A stretch of DNA of 62,675 nucleotides from Candidatus Eiseniibacteriota bacterium (GCA_031413115.1 JANOEH010000170.1:1-62675); one strand, 5' to 3'. Numbered from the stretch's first letter, positions 1-7,995 are shown. Made by a program: numbers and translations. The notes: generated from the sequence alone by a model not told the origin.

Positions 1-317
1 TCCATCGCCAGCGTGTGGCCGACGATGTTGCCCGTGTGGCGCGAAAAGCCGGCCCAGTTGGTGCCGAACTGGAACTCCATCGGGATGCCGGTCGCCACGC
101 CCATCGCGAAGTTGAGGCCGAAGATGCGGATCCAGAAGCGCGCGGCATCGTTCCAGCGGTTCGGCACGCCGGGCGCACCGCCGCCGCGCAGGGCGAGCGT
201 CTTCATCCCGAAGATGAGCAGCGCCAGCCCCATCGTCAGCTGGGGAAACAGGTAATGGTACGTGATGGTGAAGGCGAACTGCAGCCGGTGCCAGAAGAGC
301 GGGTCCACGGGCGGCAT
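1..317 (-). CDS. cydA: cytochrome bd-type quinol oxidase subunit I, N-terminal fragment (continues past the left edge)
   Basis: This ORF is missing from the ORF track because it is open at the window edge. Reverse-complement translation from the ATG at 317-315 gives MPPVDPLFWHRLQFAFTITYHYLFPQLTMGLALLIFGMKTLAL...GIPMEFQFGTNWAGFSRHTGNIVGHTLAM. The QFxFTxxYHxLFPxLTxGL and MEFQFGTNW blocks are CydA hallmarks. Confidence 0.85.
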   Translation of the reverse strand, partial: MPPVDPLFWHRLQFAFTITYHYLFPQLTMGLALLIFGMKTLALRGGGAPGVPNRWNDAARFWIRIFGLNFAMGVATGIPMEFQFGTNWAGFSRHTGNIVGHTLAM

Positions 318-339
318 CGTACGCCGGTCGCGAGGAATC

Positions 340-348
340 TGCTAGAGT
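340..348 (+). promoter_or_regulatory. extended -10-like box TGcTAGAGT, leaderless-type promoter candidate for the crotonase gene
   Basis: TAGAGT at 343-348 is preceded by TGc. Only 7 nt (ccgcgcc) separate it from the ATG at 356 and there is no Shine-Dalgarno sequence. The -35 region is weak (TACGCC). Confidence 0.3.
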
Positions 349-355
349 CCGCGCC

Positions 356-1159
356 ATGCGTGACCACACTTGGGGCACCGTCGCCATCCGCGCCGTGGGA
401 CCCGTCCGCCGCCTCCGCCTGACGCGCGCGGCGGAGCGCAATGCCATCTCGAAGCAGATGATCGAGGAACTGCGCCTCGCTCTGGCCGTGCTCGAGGCCG
501 ACGTCGAGGCACGCGTCATCGTGCTCGAGGGCGAAGGCAAGTCGTTCTGCGCCGGCGCCGACATCGCCGAGATGCAAGCTTCGGGTACGGCCACGTTCGA
601 GCAGAACCGCACCGACGCCGACGGGCTCGCCGGGCTGTTCCAGGCGCTCGACGCCCTGCCCAAGCCGGTGATCGCGCGCATTCATGGCCACTGCCTGGGC
701 GGCGGCTTGGGCCTCATCGCCTGCTGCGACGTGGCGGTCGCGTCGGACGACACCGCGTTCGCGTTCTCCGAGACACGGCTCGGTATCGTCCCGGCGGTGA
801 TCTCGCCCTACGCGCTGCGCAAGATCGGCCCGTCGCACGCGCGGCGGTACTTCCTGAGTGGCGAGCGCTTTGACGCGCACGAGGCGCGCCGCATCGGCCT
901 GATCGCCGAACGCTGCGGCGCCGACGAACTCGACGCGGTCGTGGTCAGGGTCGCCGACGAGATGCTCGCCGCAGGCCCCGAGGCGCAGGCCCGCATCAAG
1001 CGCATGATCCGCGAGTCGGCGAACCTCACGTGGGAAGCCTACCGCGCGTCGACTCCGCAGCAGATCGCCGAGGCCCGCATGGGCGACGAAGGCCAGGCCG
1101 GCCTCGCCTCGTTCCGCGATCGCGTCCCGCCACCGTGGGTGCCGCGGCCCGAAGCCTAG
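356..1159 (+). CDS. enoyl-CoA hydratase/isomerase (crotonase) family; methylglutaconyl-CoA-hydratase-like by context
   Basis: ORF track, 267 aa. Crotonase motifs VIVLEGEGKSFCAGADI and HGHCLGGGLGLIACCD are present. It neighbours biotin carboxylase and HMG-CoA lyase genes. Confidence 0.85.
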   Translation: MRDHTWGTVAIRAVGPVRRLRLTRAAERNAISKQMIEELRLALAVLEADVEARVIVLEGEGKSFCAGADIAEMQASGTATFEQNRTDADGLAGLFQALDALPKPVIARIHGHCLGGGLGLIACCDVAVASDDTAFAFSETRLGIVPAVISPYALRKIGPSHARRYFLSGERFDAHEARRIGLIAERCGADELDAVVVRVADEMLAAGPEAQARIKRMIRESANLTWEAYRASTPQQIAEARMGDEGQAGLASFRDRVPPPWVPRPEA

Positions 1160-1172
1160 GCACTCCTGGCGG

Positions 1173-1439
1173 TCACGCGCCGCCGTACCCGCTCGCCATG
1201 GTCAGCAACAGTACTCTTTCCGGCGTTCGAGTGAAGAGCACGCGCCACGCGCCCACGCGCATCCGGTAGAGCCGACGCGTTCCCCCGACCAGCTCGACTT
1301 CGGGCACATCGCCGGGCCGGGCCAGGCGGTCGACCGCGCGCGCGAGCTCATGGCGCTCCTCCGCGGTCAGCGACGGAAGCCGAAGCTCGAAGTCGAGGCT
1401 GACTTCGATCAAGCGATCGCGCTGCCGTCCGGGGCTCAT
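1173..1439 (-). CDS. RelE/ParE-family type II toxin
   Basis: 88 aa. The C-terminal RRLYRMRVGAWRVLFTRTPERVLLLTM matches the RelE/ParE core pattern (yRlRvGdyRviy). Its start overlaps the stop of the upstream antitoxin ORF by 4 bp (1436-1439). Confidence 0.7.
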   Translation of the reverse strand: MSPGRQRDRLIEVSLDFELRLPSLTAEERHELARAVDRLARPGDVPEVELVGGTRRLYRMRVGAWRVLFTRTPERVLLLTMASGYGGA

Positions 1440-1702
1440 TCGTCCATCCCCCAGTACGACTTCAGCTCATTCCATGGTCGGCCCCGCTGGGAGTAGCCCT
1501 GTCCGATGGACCGCCGCGCGATCTCCACGTCGGCGGCATCCGCGAGGTGGTCGAGCAGGGCGACGTCCTCGACCGGGATCAGCGCGGCGACCTCGCGACC
1601 GTAACGGACGATGATGACGCGTTCGCCTGCATGGAAGACGCGATTGAGCACGTCGGACCAGCGCTCGCGCGCGTCTGCGGCGTGAACGATTCGTCTGAGC
1701 AT
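1436..1702 (-). CDS. Phd/YefM-family antitoxin
   Basis: The track ORF runs 1436..1879, but its first 59 residues are Arg/Pro-rich and run through the CGTACG repeat. The internal ATG at 1702 (cat at 1700-1702) gives 88 aa: MLRRIVHAADARERWSDVLNRVFHAGERVIIVRYGREVAALIPVEDVALLDHL..., a typical Phd/YefM N-terminus. Confidence 0.7.
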   Translation of the reverse strand: MLRRIVHAADARERWSDVLNRVFHAGERVIIVRYGREVAALIPVEDVALLDHLADAADVEIARRSIGQGYSQRGRPWNELKSYWGMDE

Positions 1703-1754
1703 GGTGTTCGAGACCGCGGGGGCGGGAGTTGTAAGGCCCGGAGGGACATGTGGG

Positions 1755-1811
1755 CTTTTCGGAGGGCGTACGGTTCGTACGATTCGTACGGACCGTACGC
1801 TGATCCAAAAG
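1755..1811 (+). repeat. conserved intergenic element, copy 1: four CGTACG palindromes at a 9-bp period plus conserved flanks
   Basis: CGTACG starts at 1767, 1776, 1785 and 1794 (cgtacg gtt cgtacg att cgtacg gac cgtacg). The flanks cttttcggagg and tgatccaaaag resemble the flanks of the reverse complement of 61614-61672. Confidence 0.8.
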
Positions 1812-1878
1812 CATAGGTCTCCATCTCGGGCTTTACAACCGCTTGCACCCGATCCGTCCCGTCGCGCGGCCCCGCGCA

Positions 1879-1907
1879 TTGACGCGCCGGTGCCCCCCTC
1901 CTAGACT
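1879..1907 (+). promoter_or_regulatory. sigma70-like promoter TTGACG-17 nt-TAGACT, leaderless-type, for the biotin carboxylase gene
   Basis: TTGACG at 1879-1884, a 17-nt spacer, and TAGACT at 1902-1907. The ATG at 1917 lies 9 nt downstream of the -10 box with no Shine-Dalgarno sequence. Confidence 0.45.
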
Positions 1908-1916
1908 CCGGCCATC

Positions 1917-3464
1917 ATGCCCTCCCGACCGATCAGGACCGTCCTCATCGCCAATCGCGGGGAGATCGCCGTCCGCATCGCTCGCACCCTTCGCGCGCGC
2001 GGCGTGCGCTCGGTCGCCGTCCACCATGCGGCCGATCGCACCGCGCTCCACGTCCAGGCCTGCGACACGGCGGTCGAGCTCACGGGCGACGATCCCCGCG
2101 CGGCGTACCTCGACATGGCACAGGTCGTGGCGGCCGCGACGCGGGCAAACGCCGACGCGATCCACCCCGGCTACGGCTTCCTCTCCGAGCAATCGCGCTT
2201 CGCTTCGGCGGTCGAGGCTGCGGGGATCGTGTTCCTCGGCCCCCGCCCCGAGACGCTGGAGGCGGTCGGCGACAAGAAGAGCGCGCGCGAGGCGGCGCGC
2301 AACGCCGGGCTGCCCGTCGCCCCCGGCTGGGAGGGCGACGCGCTCGATGCGGCCGCGGCCCGGACCGCTGCGACCAGGCTCGGCTTCCCGCTGCTGATCA
2401 AGGCGGTGAGCGGCGGCGGTGGCAAGGGCATGCGCACGATCCACTCCCTCGCCGAACTCGACGAGGGCCTTGTCGGCACTGCGCGCGAGGCGCTGGCCAG
2501 CTTCGGTAACGCCGCGGTCTACATGGAGCGGCAGCTCGAGCCGGTGCGGCACGTCGAAGTGCAGTTCCTGGGCGACGGCAACGGGCGCGCGTGGCACCTG
2601 CTCGAGCGTGAGTGTTCGCTGCAGCGCCGCCATCAGAAGGTGATCGAGGAGGCGCCAGGAGCCCGCGTCGATGCCGCCCTGCGCGCCAGGCTCACGAGCG
2701 CGGCGAAGTCGATCGCCGCCGCGGTGAAGTACCGCGGCGTCGGCACCGCCGAGTTCCTCGTCGACGAGGCGGGCGCGTTCTACTTCCTCGAGATCAACGC
2801 GCGCATCCAGGTCGAGCATCCGGTCACCGAGCTGGTGACCGGGCGCGACCTCGTCGCGATCCAGCTCGACCTCGCGGCCGGGGTGCCCATGCCCGACGAC
2901 CTCGAGCCGACTGCACCGCGTGGGCATGCCGTCGAGGCGCGCCTGTACGCCGAGGATCCGGCGCACGACTTCCTGCCGCAGAGCGGGCCGATCGTGCACC
3001 TGCGCCTGCCCTCGGGTCCCGACGTACGGGTCGATGCCGGCGTGCGTGCGGGTGATGCGATCGGCCTCGACTTCGATCCGATGATCGCCAAGATCACCGC
3101 ATGGGGTCCCGACCGTAGCACCGCGTTTGCACGCCTGCGCGCCGCCCTCGCCGAAACCGAGGTCGCCGGCGTGGTGACGAACCTCCCGTTCCTGCGCGTT
3201 CTGACCGCGGACAGGTCCGTGCTTGCGGGCGACCTCTCGACGACGATGATCGAACGAACGATCGCCCCGGCGTGGCGGGCCGCGCGCAAGCAGGCCGCGG
3301 CCATGCCCCCGGGTGCGCTGATCGCGGCTGCGGCGCTCGCTTCGTTCGAAGCGGCGACAGCTCTGCACCTGGGCGCGACCGTGGCGACGAGCAGCGCGAC
3401 CGACGACCCCGGCCCGTGGGCGGCTCTCGCGGGCTTCCGCCTCGGTGGCGGGGAGGACGCGTGA
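1917..3464 (+). CDS. biotin carboxylase component of an acyl-CoA (methylcrotonyl/propionyl/acetyl-CoA) carboxylase alpha subunit
   Basis: 515 aa. Motifs seen: RTVLIANRGEIAVRIART, HPGYGFLSE, ATP-grasp KAVSGGGGKGMR, and EINARIQVEHPVTE. Confidence 0.9.
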   Translation: MPSRPIRTVLIANRGEIAVRIARTLRARGVRSVAVHHAADRTALHVQACDTAVELTGDDPRAAYLDMAQVVAAATRANADAIHPGYGFLSEQSRFASAVEAAGIVFLGPRPETLEAVGDKKSAREAARNAGLPVAPGWEGDALDAAAARTAATRLGFPLLIKAVSGGGGKGMRTIHSLAELDEGLVGTAREALASFGNAAVYMERQLEPVRHVEVQFLGDGNGRAWHLLERECSLQRRHQKVIEEAPGARVDAALRARLTSAAKSIAAAVKYRGVGTAEFLVDEAGAFYFLEINARIQVEHPVTELVTGRDLVAIQLDLAAGVPMPDDLEPTAPRGHAVEARLYAEDPAHDFLPQSGPIVHLRLPSGPDVRVDAGVRAGDAIGLDFDPMIAKITAWGPDRSTAFARLRAALAETEVAGVVTNLPFLRVLTADRSVLAGDLSTTMIERTIAPAWRAARKQAAAMPPGALIAAAALASFEAATALHLGATVATSSATDDPGPWAALAGFRLGGGEDA

Positions 3465-3952
3465 AGAAGACGATCCGGCTCGACGGCAATCGGCACGAGG
3501 TGACGCTCGCGCTCCACGGCACGACGTTTCGCGTCGGCGAAGGCGACCGCCACATCGAAGGGACGCGGCGCTGGGACGGCTCGCGCCTCGCTCTCGAGAT
3601 CGCGGGCATGCGCACCCAGGCACACGTCGTGCGCGGCGCGGGTGGAAAGCTCGAGATCTGGATCGATTCCGATCGCCACGTCGTCGAAGAGGAAGGTCGC
3701 GCCTCGGGCTCGTCGGGCTCCGCCCGGGATAGCGACACGCTCGCCACGCCGATGCCCGCGAAGGTCGTGCGCGTGAACGTGGCGAAGGGGGATGCGGTAA
3801 CGGAAGGGCAGACGCTCGTGGTCGTCGAGTCGATGAAGATGGAACTGGGGCTCACCGCGCCGCGCGACGGCGTCGTGGCAAGCGTCGATGCGGTGCCCGG
3901 TGTGCTGGTCGCCGCGGGCGCCGTCCTCATCGCGCTGGAGCCGATGTCATGA
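3461..3952 (+). CDS. biotin carboxyl carrier (biotinyl/lipoyl-domain) protein, encoded separately from the carboxylase
   Basis: The GTG at 3461 overlaps the TGA stop of the previous ORF (GTGA). The 163-aa product ends in ATPMPAKVVRVNVAKGDAVTEGQTLVVVESMKMELGLTAPRDGVV, a biotinyl hairpin with the MKM biotinylation motif. It is in frame with track ORF 3272..3952. Confidence 0.75.
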   Translation: MKKTIRLDGNRHEVTLALHGTTFRVGEGDRHIEGTRRWDGSRLALEIAGMRTQAHVVRGAGGKLEIWIDSDRHVVEEEGRASGSSGSARDSDTLATPMPAKVVRVNVAKGDAVTEGQTLVVVESMKMELGLTAPRDGVVASVDAVPGVLVAAGAVLIALEPMS

Positions 3953-4929
3953 GCATCCATCCCGCCGCACAGTCCGCCGGGCCGTGGCCCGCCGGCGCGC
4001 GCATCGTCGAGGTGGGGCCGCGCGACGGCCTGCAGAACGAGGCCACGCCGCTTTCGGTCGAGGCGCGGGCCACGTTCGCGCTCGCCCTTGCGGCGGCCGG
4101 CGTCACCGACATCGAGGTGGGCGCGTTCGTCCGCCCCGACCGCGTGCCGCAGATGGCCGGCACCGAGGAGGTGCTGGCCATGATCGAACGTGCGATCGAG
4201 GTGCGTGCACCCGGCACGGCCGACGCCCGCTTCCTCGTACTGGTGCCGAACGCGAAGGGCCTCGAACGGGCGCTCGCCGCGAACGCGCGGGCCATCGCCG
4301 TGTTCACCGCGGTCAGCGAGACGTTCAACCAGAAGAACATCGGCATGGGCATCGACGAGTCGATCGCCGCGTTCGAACCGGTCGTGCGCGACGCGAAGGC
4401 GAAAGGCCTGTGGGTGCGCGGCTACCTGTCGACCGTGTTCGGCTGCCCGTACGAGGGACGGATCGATCCGGTGAAGGCCGCCGACGTCGCGGTGCGACTG
4501 TGGAACCTGGGCGTCGACGAACTCTCGCTCGGCGACACCATCGGCGTGGCCACGCCCGCGGGCGTGGGCGACGTCCTCGGCGCGATCGGCGCGCGCGTGC
4601 CCCGCGACCAGGTCGCGTTGCACATGCACGACACGCGCGGCACCGCGCTGGTCAACGTGATGGCGGGGCTGCTGCTCGGCGTCAGGATCTTCGACGCATC
4701 GGCGGGCGGCCTCGGCGGTTGCCCGTTCGCGCCGGGCGCGACGGGCAACGTGGCCACCGAGGACGTCGTCTACCTGCTGCACGGGCTCGGCATTCGCACT
4801 GGCATCGACATCAAGAAGCTGGTCGAGGCGGCCGCCCCCATCGAGACCGCGCTGGGGCGTCCGCTCCCCGGCCACGTCTACCAGGCGTGGCGCCGGAGCC
4901 CGACCATTTCCGAAAAGTTCCGCGCGTAG
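3949..4929 (+). CDS. hydroxymethylglutaryl-CoA lyase
   Basis: 326 aa. Motifs seen: IVEVGPRDGLQNE, HMHDTRGTALVNV, GGLGGCPFAPGATGNVATED. Its ATG overlaps the previous stop (ATGA). Confidence 0.9.
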   Translation: MSIHPAAQSAGPWPAGARIVEVGPRDGLQNEATPLSVEARATFALALAAAGVTDIEVGAFVRPDRVPQMAGTEEVLAMIERAIEVRAPGTADARFLVLVPNAKGLERALAANARAIAVFTAVSETFNQKNIGMGIDESIAAFEPVVRDAKAKGLWVRGYLSTVFGCPYEGRIDPVKAADVAVRLWNLGVDELSLGDTIGVATPAGVGDVLGAIGARVPRDQVALHMHDTRGTALVNVMAGLLLGVRIFDASAGGLGGCPFAPGATGNVATEDVVYLLHGLGIRTGIDIKKLVEAAAPIETALGRPLPGHVYQAWRRSPTISEKFRA

Positions 4930-4942
4930 TCCGCCCGCCGCC

Positions 4943-6289
4943 TCAGGCAGCCGCTGCGGGACGCGCTTCCAGCCGCTCCCAGTCCACGCGACGCGTCGCG
5001 ATCATCACGGCGGCGAGCAACACGAACAGCCCGATCGAACCGAGCAGGAGCGCGTAGTCCTCGGCCACGAGGACGACGTAGAGGAACCCGTACAGGACGG
5101 CGATCCCCACGCCGAGCGCCACCCCCCGTCGCAGGCTGCGCAGCGCGACGCTCCCGTACGCCCCGATCATCAGCGTGATCGCGGTCGCCGCCGCGACGTA
5201 CGCCGGCACGAACCCCAGGTGCTCGGCGAGCGACAGCTCCAGCAGGTAGAACACGCACACCGCCGAGCACAGGAGCAGCGACTGGATCGGATGGACACTG
5301 ATCCGGGCGAGCACCTCGGCCAGCCACACCGCCAGGAGCGTCATGACGATGAACAGCGTCGCGTAACTCACGCTGCGCGAGGTCATGCGATAGGCGTCCA
5401 CGGTCTGCAGCAGGTCGACGCCAAAGTGCGATGCCGCGAGCTTCTCGCCCTGCTCCTCGGGCGAGGTCCACTGCTGCGGCACGTTTCGCCCCAGGTACGG
5501 AATCGACCACTCGGCGGTGAAGCCCTCGGGGCCGACCGCCTGCTTCGCCGGCAGCCAGTCCCCCTGGAAGCTGGGGCTCGGCCAGGGCGAGGTGAGCCGC
5601 ACGTCCGTCTGCTTTGCCGCCGGGGACATGGCGAAACCGATCGTGCCATGCAGGCGCAATGGAAACGAGAAGGTGAGCGGCGCGTCCCCCGCCGGCAGCG
5701 CCACCTCCGCGTGCAGCCCGGCCTTCGCGCCGCGGAAGTCGCCGGTCCCGGGGAGAAACGCGATCGCGCCCCCGCCCCACGCCAGGTCGACCTGCCGCTG
5801 CACCGCGCGCACGTCGGAGATTCCGATCGCGAGATGCACGCCGTCGCGCACGACACTCTCGGGAGCGATCCCGAGCGACGCGAAGTCCGGCGGTGCGAAC
5901 TCTCCCGTCATGGCGAGATCCAGGTCGTAAACCGGGATGGCGAAAATGCCACGGCGGCGCGTTTCCGGAGTGAGCTTGCCGGCCGCGCTCAGCCGTTCCG
6001 GCAGGAACACCGCGCGCTCGATGCGTTCGCGTGTCGCGCGTCGACCGGTCGCGTCGTCGAACACGTCGCGTACGCGATACGGCACGACGAGCACGGGTCC
6101 GACGATCGACTGGGCGCGCCCCCACTTCGACGAGACCTCGGTGACGGCACCGTCGCGGCGCTGTTGTCGCTCGGCGACGAGCAACGAGATGGTGAAGATC
6201 GGAACCTGCAGCAGGACGACGAGGAGGGCGAGGAAGGCGAGACGAAACAGCGGCGAGCGGGTCCAGCTCGGGCCGGCTTCGGCGTGCAT
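4943..6289 (-). CDS. creD: inner-membrane protein CreD family
   Basis: The track ORF is 4943..6331. SPLFRLAFLALLVVLLQVPIFTISLLVAERQQRRDGAVTEV...GPVLVVPY parallels the CreD N-terminus, and the C-terminal third has multiple TM helices. I prefer the ATG at 6289 (MHAEAG), which is preceded by aAAGGtaatc; 6331 and 6310 are alternatives. Confidence 0.75.
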   Translation of the reverse strand: MHAEAGPSWTRSPLFRLAFLALLVVLLQVPIFTISLLVAERQQRRDGAVTEVSSKWGRAQSIVGPVLVVPYRVRDVFDDATGRRATRERIERAVFLPERLSAAGKLTPETRRRGIFAIPVYDLDLAMTGEFAPPDFASLGIAPESVVRDGVHLAIGISDVRAVQRQVDLAWGGGAIAFLPGTGDFRGAKAGLHAEVALPAGDAPLTFSFPLRLHGTIGFAMSPAAKQTDVRLTSPWPSPSFQGDWLPAKQAVGPEGFTAEWSIPYLGRNVPQQWTSPEEQGEKLAASHFGVDLLQTVDAYRMTSRSVSYATLFIVMTLLAVWLAEVLARISVHPIQSLLLCSAVCVFYLLELSLAEHLGFVPAYVAAATAITLMIGAYGSVALRSLRRGVALGVGIAVLYGFLYVVLVAEDYALLLGSIGLFVLLAAVMIATRRVDWERLEARPAAAA

Positions 6290-6442
6290 GATTACCTTTC
6301 GTGCGACCATCGCCGGCGTCGGGGCGGGCACGCACCGGCCGGGGATCGCGTTCGAGGAGGGCTGCAGATGACCCTACTCCCGCGCAGGCGGAGCGCAAAG
6401 CGGGCCCTGCCATATTGATGTCATGTTTCTCCCCGTGAATCG

Positions 6443-7888
6443 TCAGCGCCCGCCCGCGGCGTAGGGCGGCATCGCGGCGAGCGCACGCGCCTCCTCGATC
6501 AGCGACTCGACCGCGTCGTCCACGCGCTCGGCGTGGGTGCGGAAGCTCACCGTGCAGATGCGCAGGACGTAACGTCCCTCGAGCCGGGTGCTCGACAGGA
6601 ACACCCGGCGACGCGCGTTCACGCGCCGCAGGATCTCCTCACCGAAGCGGTCGGGGTCGCCGGCCGGCGGCTGCGCGGTGAAAGCGACGATCGACAGCTG
6701 CGGATCGTCGACCAGCGCGAACAGTGGCTCGGCGGCGATCCGTGCGGCCGCACTGCGGGTGAGTGCCAGCTTCTCCTCGAGCGCTTCGCGGAACGCCTGC
6801 ACGCCGTGCATCACCAGCGGCAGCCACACGCGCAACCCGCGGAAGTCGCGCGACAGCTCGGGCGAGAGATCCGTGAAATTGGTCTGCCCGGCCGCGGCGG
6901 CGACGTCCTGCAGATACGACGCCTCGCTGGCGTGTGCCCGCTCCAGCGCCTTCGGGTCGCGCACCAGCAGCACGCCGGTGCCATAGGGCAGGAACAGGCA
7001 CTTGTGCGGATCGAGCGTCATCGAGTCGTACTGCTCGACGCCCGCCAGCGCCGCCGCGCCCGCCGGCGCGAGGCGGAAGAATCCGCCATAGGCGGCGTCG
7101 GCGTGCGCCCACAGGCCGTGCTCGCGCGCGATCGCCGCGATCGCGGGCAACGGATCGATCGCGCCCGTGTTGGTGGTGCCGGCGTTGGCAACGACCAGGA
7201 ACGGACGCAGTCCGGCCGCGCGATCGGCGACGATCGCGGCGGACAGCGCCGCGGGATCCATGCGCCGGCGCGCGTCGATCGGGATGCGGCGCAGGGCACG
7301 CTGCGGGAACCCGGCCAGGCGCGCCGCCTTCATCACGCAGGCATGCGTCTCGGTCGAGAAGTAGAGCACGCCGTCGTGGAAGTCCTCGTCGAGCTTCGCC
7401 TCCCGCGCAGCGGCGATCGCGGCGAAGTTCGACAGCGACCCGCCACTGGTGAAGATGCCACCCGCGGTCGATGGATAACCCATGAGGTCGGCCAGCCAGC
7501 CGAGCGTGATCCCCTCGAGCCGGGCGAGCGCCGGCGCGGCCGCGGTCACGTTGACGAAACGGTTGGTCAGGCAGGCGACCAGGTCGGCGACACCCGCCGA
7601 CGGGAGACCCCCGCCCGGGATGAACGCGAGATACCCCGGCCCGGCGGTGTTGAACGACGCCTCGATCGCGGGCTTGAGCAGGGCCAGCGCCTCCTCGAGC
7701 GGGCGCCCGGTCTCCGGCGCGGGAAAGGTCAGTGCGGCGATGGCCGCGGGCGCGCCCTCGGTGGCGAAGGATGGCATGGCGGCGAGGCGCGCGACGTGGT
7801 CGACGACGAACGAGCCCGCGTGCGCGAGCCAGCGTTCGAGCTCGGCGGGCGTGGGATCCAGCGGCGGGGCGGCAGGTGTCGAGTTCAT
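6443..7888 (-). CDS. group II pyridoxal-phosphate-dependent decarboxylase (aromatic-L-amino-acid decarboxylase-like)
   Basis: 481 aa. Motifs seen: SGGSLSNFAAIAAARE, HADAAYGG, and LDPHKCLFLPYGTG (the DPHK PLP-lysine motif). Confidence 0.85.
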   Translation of the reverse strand: MNSTPAAPPLDPTPAELERWLAHAGSFVVDHVARLAAMPSFATEGAPAAIAALTFPAPETGRPLEEALALLKPAIEASFNTAGPGYLAFIPGGGLPSAGVADLVACLTNRFVNVTAAAPALARLEGITLGWLADLMGYPSTAGGIFTSGGSLSNFAAIAAAREAKLDEDFHDGVLYFSTETHACVMKAARLAGFPQRALRRIPIDARRRMDPAALSAAIVADRAAGLRPFLVVANAGTTNTGAIDPLPAIAAIAREHGLWAHADAAYGGFFRLAPAGAAALAGVEQYDSMTLDPHKCLFLPYGTGVLLVRDPKALERAHASEASYLQDVAAAAGQTNFTDLSPELSRDFRGLRVWLPLVMHGVQAFREALEEKLALTRSAAARIAAEPLFALVDDPQLSIVAFTAQPPAGDPDRFGEEILRRVNARRRVFLSSTRLEGRYVLRICTVSFRTHAERVDDAVESLIEEARALAAMPPYAAGGR

Positions 7889-7995
7889 GTCCGGACACTA
7901 CCCCGCCTGCGCCCCGTGCGGTAGAGTCCGGGAGCATGGCGGGCCCCGCGTCCCGTCGCGGGTCCCGCGCCACATCGTCGTCACCGGAGGTCGTC

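Noticed and set aside
318-323. A single CGTACG in the cydA/crotonase divergent spacer, considered as a third site for the array element.
   Set aside because: About 20 isolated CGTACG hexamers are expected by chance in this window. I saw several inside genes (for example near 4448, 5155, 21124 and 33408). No flank similarity to the 58-bp element is present.
3455-3470. The biotin carboxylase/BCCP junction read as a frameshifted pseudogene.
   Set aside because: The GTGA start/stop overlap is the classical coupled-gene arrangement and both parts are intact. I kept it as a finding to verify rather than calling a pseudogene.
1833-4875. ORFs of about 590 aa on the minus strand (1833-3623 and 3094-4875) antisense to the carboxylase and lyase genes. 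Similar shadows occur at 35952-38576, 36674-38458, 9564-10997, 10894-13047, 13247-14995 (N-terminal part) and 22990-25029.
   Set aside because: They show the same shadow-frame signature and carry no family motifs. The opposite-strand genes are unambiguous.
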